From Octopus sinensis (taxonomy: Eukaryota): a DNA stretch of 64,000 nt. The notes beneath the pieces were generated by a model. It was not told the DNA's origin and did not search any database. It saw only the letters and a program-made list of their open reading frames with translations. The stretch covers positions 27,776,001-27,840,000 of the forward strand of contig NC_042999.1 of NCBI RefSeq assembly GCF_006345805.1, written 5' to 3'. This document shows positions 54,476-64,000 of this stretch, in pieces; the first letter of the stretch is position 1, and each line of letters begins with the position of its first letter. Both the position numbers and the translations under genes were made by a program.

Positions 54476-55323
54476 GGAAAGAGAGAGAAATAGAGTCGGG
54501 GATATAGTGTCTTTCCGGATAAATACATACAGGTGTCTGTAAACTTAAAATTTTAAAAAATATAGACAAATTGACAGTTTGGTTAAAGAAGAGGGTGGAT
54601 GAAAAGTAGAGGAAGGGCTCCACGGAGATTGAGGTGAAAATGAAAGAAGTGTCAGGCATAAAGCAATGCAAGCTTTCATACATGCATGCATTCATACATA
54701 TATTTATATTGTCTGGTTTGGGGCCTTCAGAATCTTGATGGAGTCGTAAGGCCCTGTTGTTATATAAACTGTGTTTTGTTAAGAGAATAAAAATCTATGA
54801 AAAACAATACTTTTAAAATTCAGTAACGTTCCTTTTTCGTCACGTGTGGGTCAGTCATCTTGCTTTGATATATATATATATATATATATATGTATATGTA
54901 TATATATAGGAGTGGCTGTGTGGTAAATAGCTTGCTTACCAACCATATGGTTCCGAGTTCAGTCCCACTGCGTGGCACCTTGGGCAAGTGTCTTCTACTA
55001 TAGCCTCGGGCCGACCAAAGCCTTGTGAGTGGATTTGGTAGACAGAAGCTGAAAGAGGCCCGTCGTATATATGTATATATATATATATGTGTGTGTGTGT
55101 TTGTGTGTCTGTGTTTGTCCCCCCAACATCGCTTGACAACCGATGGTGATGTGTTTACGTCCCCGTAACTTAACGGTTCGGCAAAAGTGACCGATAGAAT
55201 AAGTACGAGGCTTACAAAGAATAAGTCCTGGGGTCAAATTACTCGACTAAAGGCGGTGCTCCAGCATGGCCACAGTCAAATGACTGAAACAAGTAAAAGA
55301 GAGAAGAGTATGTATGTATATAT

Positions 55324-55390
<67 letters not shown>

Positions 55391-55490
55391 ATATATATAT
55401 ATATATATAATATATACATATATATAAAAAAAATTTTCGTAGTGAGATAAGAAACCAACGCTGAATATATTTTAGAACATTTATAGATAT

Positions 55491-55540
55491 GTCTTACAGC
55501 TGTTTCCAGGATATTTATTATATCCCTTCATCGGAGACGG
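55491..55540 (-). ncRNA. Type I hammerhead ribozyme motif
   Basis: Minus strand reads GTCT-CCGATGA-A-GGGATAT-AATAA-ATATCCT-G-GAAAC-AGCT-GTA-AGAC. Confidence 0.7.
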
Positions 55541-55748
55541 TGTGAGAGGATGGTCAAATAATAGTTAATTTAGATAGGATACAAAATAGAGAGTGAGGTC
55601 GAGGAAAGAAAATAGATGTGAGGTATATGTAGGGATATTGAATTTGTTGATCCATTTTTTAGGCAAAATGTTACATATGTAAGATTCCAATACTTTATGA
55701 GTAAAATCCAACAATACTTAAATATATATGTACACATATATATATATA

Positions 55749-55840
<92 letters not shown>

Positions 55841-55852
55841 ATGTGTGTGTGT

Positions 55853-56700
55853 ATTTGGGATAAAGAAGAGAAACTGTGTACAGTTGTGGACACTAGCCGT
55901 CCAGCGGATGTTAACATTAAGCTGAAGATCAGTGAAACAGAGAATACCTACGCTAAACTGTTGAGTAATTAGTGGTTACTCTATAGAGATTACAAGTTCA
56001 GGTTTATACCTGTAATTATTGGGACCCTGGGATATGGAGCACACTGCCTAAATATTAATCTTGAGAAATTAGGCTTCTCAAAAACCAGAAAGGAGAAAGC
56101 TAATTGGAAGACTAGAGATCCAATCCATTACTGAAACTAAAAATCTGTAAAACTTTCCAGAAGTTTATCATTTAAATATATATGAGCATATCTAGATGTG
56201 CAAACATACATATATGAAGCGTGGAGGCGCAATGGCCTAGTGGTTAGGGCAGCGGACTCGCGGTCGTAGGATCGCTGTTTCGATTCCCAGACCGGATGTT
56301 ATGTGTGTTTATTGAGCGAAAACACCTTAAAAGCTCCACGAGGCTCCGGCAGGGGGTGGTGATCCCTGCTGTACTCTTTCACCACTTTTTCTCTCACTCT
56401 TTCTTCTGTTGGCCTGCTCGCTTAGCAAGCGGGGTGGCGTCATTCGATGTGTAGCAACATCTGATGGTCTGGTCGGTCACGTGATCACGTGACATATATA
56501 AAGCAAAACATACAAATCTGCACACATACATACTTATATACATACATATATACATACATACATACGTACATACATACATACAAACGAACAAAAGTTGTTG
56601 ATGTTGAAATTCCCATGAAGGTGCCTTGAATCTAGGTTAGAAACCAGCTCTTTCTCTATTGGCAAGAAATCTTGAAATAAAACTGAACAATGACATACAT
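55853..56700 (+). mobile_element. RLE-type LINE 3' fragment (same family as 8997), with a family R SINE (56222-56495) in its 3' UTR
   Basis: IWDKEEKLCTVVDTSRPADVNIKLKISETENTYAKLL. Colinear with 8997-9410. Confidence 0.8.
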
Positions 56701-56866
56701 AGATATATGCACGCAGGCGCGTATGTATCAACACAGTAGGTGCAGTATTACTAGTTACCTTCACAGGTCTCAGTCTCGGATTTGATCCTATTGCACAGTC
56801 TTCAGCAAATGTCCTCTGTGTGAAAATGAGTTGATGTATCGAAGCCTGTCAAGAGGATTGTACCTG

Positions 56867-57299
56867 AGATCTTTTCGGTTTGAACGGCAGTTTTTAACAT
56901 AATTTCTAGGTAACTAAAAAATTTTAAACTTCGTATACTGGTAGAATGTGTTTATAAAACATCTTTTTCTCTTGGCTTTATTGAGAAAATTCTATAGTTT
57001 GTAAGATATTTGTTGTTTTTTTCTTCAATTTCTGCAATTTCAACCAATCAATGACGTCCATTGAGGTAAAAAAAAACATTCTGTGCCATATGAATAAGTC
57101 CCTCGTTTAAGAAACAGATTGGGTTTATTTACATTTGTGAAGAAAAAAAATACCCTTCCCCCACCCCTAACCCTAAACCTAACTAACCCTAACCCTAAAA
57201 CAGATTGAAATGCAATAGATCGATACTAGGGTCATAATTACGGGTGACAATTTCATATGATACCGCTAGAAAAAACTGCCGTTCAAACCGAAAAGATCC
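56867..57299 (-). mobile_element. Merlin-like telomeric-repeat MITE, copy 3
   Basis: Same TIRs, TSD TGTACCTG/TGTTCCTG. Confidence 0.85.
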
Positions 57300-57522
57300 T
57301 GTTCCTGTAATTCAAAGGGATTAAACCCTGTGGTACAGCACGTCACTAATATTCTGTCTGGGAATTACATTAACATTACACGTGTCTAGGATACTTAGCT
57401 ACTTACAAGTTAATTCAACGAGCATGAAATGCAGTTGATAGGACAAGCAATTCCGCTTTTTTGAACGAAGAAGATCCATCAGATACGTCGTATGTGTGTG
57501 TGTTTTATAATAAACAGACCCC

Positions 57523-57951
57523 GGATCTTTTCGGTTTGAACGGCAGTTTTTTCTAGCGGTGTCATATGAAATTGTCATCCATAATTATGACCCTAGTATC
57601 GATCTATTGCATTTCAATCTGTTTTAGGGTCAGGGTTAGTTAGGGTTAGGGGTAGGGGGAAGGGTATCTGTTTTCTTCACAAATGTAAATAAACCCAATC
57701 TGTTTCTTAAACGAGGGACATATTCATACGGCACAGAATGTTTTTTTTACCTCAATAGACGTCATTGATTGGTTGAAATTGCAGAAATTGAAGGAAAAAA
57801 AACAACAAATATCTTACAAACTATAGAATTTTCTCAATAAAACCAAGAGAAAAAGATGTTTTATAAACACATTCTACCAGTATACGAAGTTTAAAATTTC
57901 TTAGTTACCTAGAAATTATGTTAAAAACTGCCGTTCAAACCGAAAAGATCC
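57523..57951 (+). mobile_element. Merlin-like telomeric-repeat MITE, copy 4
   Basis: Perfect TIRs GGATCTTTTCGGTTTGAACGGCAGTTTTT. TSD unclear. Confidence 0.85.
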
Positions 57952-58460
57952 TAAACCGATCCTTTACTTGAACCCTTAAAATTAATATCTTTCGTATGCT
58001 ACTGCGACGTTGTCAGATTTAAAATACGCACACACGCACACTTTCTCTAACACACGCATATCCACTCACATACACGCACGCCTATATTTACACCTTTTCA
58101 CAGGGTCCTTACACCGGTTAAATACTTTGGCTGTCATAATGTCTACCATTATTAATATTGTCCCTTGCTCTCTTTTTCTTTGTCCCCCTTTCTTATTCTC
58201 TTTCCTTTCCCTCTCGCTTCTTTTGTCTCCCCGCACTCTTTCCCCCATATCTCAACTTCACTAATTTTTAAATAACTGCTTCTCATGTAGACATGAATTG
58301 CCATGTTTTTGTTTATTCTACATGTGAGAAATGATGCTTTGGCGTTCATGCCTCTCACAAAAAAAAATGACACAATCATTCCACTTTACCTCAACATTTC
58401 GAATTCGATTAAAATTCTCATAATTTCTCGTTGGTTTTGACAGTTTGTAGACACTTATTC

Positions 58461-58546
58461 AAAGGCAAGGTCAGCTAGCTGACCTTTAAACAAAGCAAGG
58501 TCAACATACTGACCTTTATCAAATCAAGGTCAAACTGTTAACCTTT
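58461..58546. promoter_or_regulatory. Three tandem AAGGTCA-N6-TGACCTT palindromes (candidate nuclear-receptor element cluster)
   Basis: Half-sites at 58467/58480, 58497/58510 and 58526/58539 (the last is TAACCTT). Spacers are GCTAGC, ACATAC and AACTGT. Confidence 0.45.
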
Positions 58547-58778
58547 TCTGTTATGCAACATACATACGTTAGCAGAAATATGCTAGGAACTTAGGATTTG
58601 TGATGTTGAAAATCCTTTTAGCATTTCAGAGAATCGGGGCTAAGAAATAATTTTTCAAGCTTTTGTTTTTAATGCTGTTGTATAGTTTTAACCCCAAATC
58701 AGCCAATGTACAAGTAGGACTACAATTAGACTGCTCAAGCGATGACTATGGTGTCTATTTAACAATAATAGTGCAATT

Positions 58779-58897
58779 CCTTTGGGCCTTATCATGCTCA
58801 GTTCACTGGTTCTCGTTCGATCACCGAAGTTAAACCATATCGAGCCTAGTTAGTAATTACATGGGTGATAGGTTTGGAAGCCTAGGTGCAAGAAGTA
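58779..58897 (+). pseudogene. Degenerate 5S rRNA copy
   Basis: CACTGGTTCTCGTTCGATCACCGAAGTTAAAC...GCCTAGTTAGTAATTACATGGGTGA...TGGAAGCCTAGGTGC is colinear with metazoan 5S rRNA but carries many substitutions. Confidence 0.8.
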
Positions 58898-59605
58898 TCT
58901 CAATTTTAAAAAAAGGCTCAGAGCTTGAACAACTGTTAGTATGCCGGGCAAAAATATAGCGGCGAGCTGGCAGACACGTTAGCACGCCGGGCTAAATGCT
59001 TAGCAGTATTTCGTCTGCTGTTACGTTCTGAGTTCAAATTCCGCCGAGGTCGACTTTGCCGTTCATCCTTTCGGGGTCGATAAATTAAGCACCAGTTACG
59101 CACTGGGGTCGATGTAATCGACTTAATACCTATGTCTGTCCTTGTTTGTCCCCTCTGTGTTTAGCCCTTGTGGGCAATAAAGAAATAGGTATTTCGTCCG
59201 ACTTCACGATATCATTTTAAAATTCTGTTAAGTCGACTTAGCTTGTCAACCTTTTGAAATCGATAAAATAAGTATCAGTTGATTATTGGGATCGATATAA
59301 TTGACCTGCACGTTCCTTGCAATTGCTTGTCTTGTGCCAAAATTTGAAATCAATATTGGTGCATCTAGAATAATACTTTCTTCATGACAGTACTCTTTTA
59401 CTTGTTTCAGTCATGTGACTGTGGCCATGCTGGAGAACCGCCTTTAGTCGAGCAAAGCGACCCCAGGTCTTATTCTTTGTAAGCCTAGTATTTATTCTAC
59501 CGGTCTCTTTTGCCAAACCGCTAAATTACGGTGACGTAAACACACCATCATCGGTTGTCAAGCGATGTTGGGGGGGGGGGGACAAACGCAGACACACGAA
59601 CATAT

Positions 59606-59636
<31 letters not shown>

Positions 59637-59901
59637 CGACGGGCATCTTTCAGTTTCCGTCTACCACATCCACTCACAAGGCTTTGGTCGGCTCGAGGCT
59701 ATAGTAAAAGACACTTTGTCCAAGGTGTCACGCAGTGGGACTGAACCCGGAACCATGTGGTTAGTAAGCAAGCTACTTACCGCACAGCCACTCTTGATGG
59801 AGACTTGATCGTTAATTCTGGCAGACAGTGTGGCCATATAGGACAGCAGGTTCTCACTCGTTGGGTCACCATATTAAGAATATATATATATATACACACA
59901 C

Positions 59902-59950
<49 letters not shown>

Positions 59951-60451
59951 TGTGAGTGTGTAGAGGAGTTAGTGTGCCGAATTGAAAATAAAGAATAAAT
60001 CCTTACAAGAAAAGTGGTTCCTCCAAGGTTGGAATATTTGCAATTTCTCCCAGATTCCTGTGATAAGTGCAAGGATGAGAGTGATGTAAACATAGTGCTA
60101 TAGAGTGTAGGTCCAAATAAGGATCCAATACGTTTCCAAGCGGCATCATTGCTGCATTGGACGAAAGTCTGCACTCAGCATGTGATGAAAGGATTGTTCT
60201 TCAGTCCGTATCTGTGTATGTGCGTACGTGCTTGCGTGTGTGTATGTGTGCGCGCGTGAGTGCACAAATGAGTGAGTGTGTACGTATATGCGTGTATTAC
60301 ATGGACTCGCATAGATGTAACAACACATACTCACACACAAACGCACACACATACAAAAACATACTTCATAACTGATCGTTTTCATAAATGACCTAAAAAC
60401 ATCAAAAATATTTGATGATGATATATATATATAATAGATATATATGTTTAT

Positions 60452-60490
<39 letters not shown>

Positions 60491-61188
60491 ATATATGATA
60501 TATATATATATGATATATATGATATATATATGTATATATGTGTGTATATATATACATATGTATATATATATATGTATATATACATATATATTTGTAAATA
60601 TATATATATATATATATATATCATACATACACACATACACACACGTACACATACACACACATACACACGCACACACACGAATATACATATATATATACTG
60701 ACATTCTTGACATGTCGATCAAGGTAACCCAATTTTCAGTCATTCGATGTAACTCGCCAGCATTTTTTGTTTTTTTGCTGACATTTTAACATTTATTTTC
60801 TTTATTTTTACTTTTCATTTTCTCTTCGACATACTCTTTTTTTTTTCCACAAGAAGGAGAAAAAAAAATATAAGGAACAAAAGAGAATTAATATGGTGCC
60901 TTTCAATGTTGACAGTTACCAATTTATTGAAAAAACAAATAATTTCCCTTACACGATATAAATCTATTCTTTAAATACCCTATTCATGTCACCACACTAC
61001 ACGATATGTCTGCTTCCCACCCTCGTACACTTGGTATATACTGTCTTTCGGACAATTCTTGTCAACGTGTTATGCAAGTTTGACCAAGTCAAAACAATCT
61101 GAGCGTACGTACGTACAAAGTACAAACATCAACACGCATGTTGATGCACTCGCTTGTGCCTGTGTGTAAATGTGCACATGTGTGTGTA

Positions 61189-61242
<54 letters not shown>

Positions 61243-64000
61243 GTGTGTGTGTGTGTGTGTAAATAGAGCCTTGAAAGCGATGACAAGGGATGTTGACCAT
61301 GTTTAAGTTGGGGTGTATAGATTCTTTGGCGCCACCATTCAGAAAACATAAGACGTGTTATTATGAGAGGAGAGTTTTCATCCCTCCTCTTAACCATTAT
61401 CATTCCTGACTCCGTCCAACATACGTTTATTGGTGACATGTCGTAAACAAACACTGGAACCATTTCAGGATGCTAGAAATAACAGCCAGTTATCACTCGT
61501 ATTACGTGGCAGTTTGGTCGTGTGGTAACTTCGTTATGCTAAGATACTAGATATCTTAGTGTAAAGTGTTTCAGTCCTATGTAACCGCATCACCAGCTTT
61601 CTCATTTATTCGTCTTAACGGCGGTGCATCAGCATGGCCGTAGCTCTGAGCTGAAACTAAAAAAAATAAATAAAAAAAAGCAAGCAATGGTTATGGCTGA
61701 GACATCTTTAAACTTAGATCTGCTCGTCCAAGGTTGATTGGTAGCTATCTAACTACAGCTACAACTTCCACTGTTTTTAAATTTAGCTATAGTATTTTTG
61801 CTGAGAGAACAACAGGGATCCATTATCTCACCCATTCCTTTTAGTCTGTACCCGCACGATTTTTCCCACACACACTCAAAGCAACCTCATGCGAAAATAG
61901 CATCACACTCCTTTTTGCTACTGTTCTCATCACACAACGGTACAGCACTTCCACCAGTATTTAAACCACGTATAAATCTGGCACCCCAGGTCGATAAATT
62001 AAGTACAAGTTGCGTACTGGGGTCGATCAACAACAACAAATCTCAATATACTACAAACCACACTAAATAGCGCGCTACACCTCCTAAAACAATATGTCTG
62101 CCACTCAAACCAGATAATGAAGGTTCACGTCGAAATGGTTAGAGTACTGCGCTTACGACCGTAAGACCATGGTTTCGATTCCAGGACCAGGCAGTGCGTT
62201 GTGTTCTTCAGTTCAGTCCACACATCTGTAAATGTGTAACCGTGTGACGGACTGGCATCCCGTCCAAAGGCGTATGTTGTGATCTCGGTCGTTCTTACGC
62301 CATGGAAACCAAGCAACCGGCTTATATGTCCTACGACTCGAGTCAGTAACAACGATGTGTCAACCGATAGATGCTGAATAATAAATAGATAAAAGCAACC
62401 ACATAAAATATTCAGTCAGATATTTTTCTGCAGCATCAATAATTTCATTAATCCTTTTGCTTGGATACACGCCAGTAGCAGGTGAGAATGAGTGATAACT
62501 ATCGCATAATGAATAATTCAACCATGACCGCCTCTTCTGTGGCTGCCTTAGAGTCTACTGGCAAATATTTTCATTCCAGATCGGAAATATTTGAAGTAAG
62601 TTTGCCTCAAGATTCTCAGCCGGAGATGAAATTCCTGCGCACAATGTAATCAAATACATATGTATATTAATATATTTGTAATTTAAGGCGGTGAGCTGGC
62701 AGAAACGTTAGCACGTCGGGCGAAATGCATCTGCCGCTACGTTCTGAGTTCAAATTCCGCCGAGGTCGACTTTGCTTTTCATCCTTTCGGGGTCGATTAA
62801 ATAAGTACCAGTTACGCACTGGAGTCGATGTAATCGACTTAATCCCTTTGTCTGTCCTTGTTTGTCTCCTCTGTGTTTAGACCCTTGTGGGTAGTAAAGA
62901 AATAGGTATTTCGTCTGCCGCTACGTTCTGAGTTCAAATTCCGCCGAAGTCGGCTTTGCCTTTCTTCCTTTCTAGGTCGATAAATTAAGTATCTGTTGCG
63001 TACTGGGGTCGATCAAATCGACCGGTCTCCTCCCCGCAAATTTCGGGCATTGTGCCTAGTGTAGAAAAGAATGTATTTGTAACTAAAACGGCGGTGAGCT
63101 GGCAGACTCTTTAGCACACCGGACAAAATGCTTGGCGGCATTTCGTCCGTCTTTTTGTTCTGAGTTCAAATTCCACCGAGGTCGATTTTACTTTTCATGA
63201 TTTCGGGGTTCATAAGATAAATACCTGTTGATGACTGGGGCTGATATAATCGACTGATTTCTTCTTGAAAATTGCTGGCCGTGTGCCCAAATTTTAAACC
63301 ATTACACATGTATCTATATATGTATAACTATAGGAATATATATTGATGTTGTTGCGAAATATAACATATGTATGAAATATATGCAGGTGTTATAAAATGT
63401 AGATATACATACATGAGCAGACCAGTTCATAACAGACAGATAGTCTGACCAAATTTATTATTTATTAAGCCTTTCAAGTCTTCGTCTTTCATATACATTT
63501 ACTTTTTACTTAACTTTGCTTGTCGTTCTCTCGCCTTTCTTTTTCCCTTCTTTCTCTCCCTCTCTATTCTTCCCCCTCTCTCGTGCTTCACTTCTGTTTC
63601 TCTCTCTCTCTCTCTGCCTTTCTTACACCACAACTACCTCTGATTTTACTTCCCTATAGCTTTTCTCCAACCAACTGTATCACAGTCTTGCTGTGTACCT
63701 CAATTATTTTTACCCCACCCTCTTCTCTCTTTCGCTCTCTTACCTATGTACCATTTCTCGTTTTGTTCCCCTACTTCTACTTACTCTTTCCTCTCTTCTC
63801 CATTATTTCTCTCTCTCTCTCTCTCTCTCCCTTCTGCTCCTTTCGTTTCTACTCTCAATGGCAACAATAAAGCCACCTCCTTTATCTTAATCCAGCTTAA
63901 ATCTCTGTGTAGAGACCCCGATACACAACAAAACCTCAACGTCCACCCCACCACCACACACACAATCTCCCTCCCTTCTAACTGATAAATGATTATCACA

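Overview
AT-rich eukaryotic DNA dense in microsatellites and repeats. The SINE repertoire and repeat landscape suggest a coleoid cephalopod, most likely Octopus (inference). The only host coding sequence I can support is a 99-nt first coding exon of a STARD4/5/6-type START-domain gene (+, 32300-32398). I found no second exon, so the rest of the window is probably intron 1. Most of the window is a transposon graveyard: Penelope (GIY-YIG), Gypsy integrase, Tx1/L1, CR1, RTE and RLE-type LINE remnants, mariner, hAT, Merlin-like and Helitron elements, several tRNA-derived SINE families and a 5S rRNA pseudogene. The most notable signals are at least six minimal type I hammerhead ribozyme motifs (one inside a SINE-like unit with a tRNA-type head, two sharing an A6U core change), a triple array of AAGGTCA-N6-TGACCTT nuclear-receptor-type palindromes, a MITE family carrying telomeric repeats that occurs in inverted pairs, and several long fold-back structures. 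Nearly all ORFs in the supplied track are microsatellite or SINE artefacts. Coordinates of degenerate repeats are approximate.
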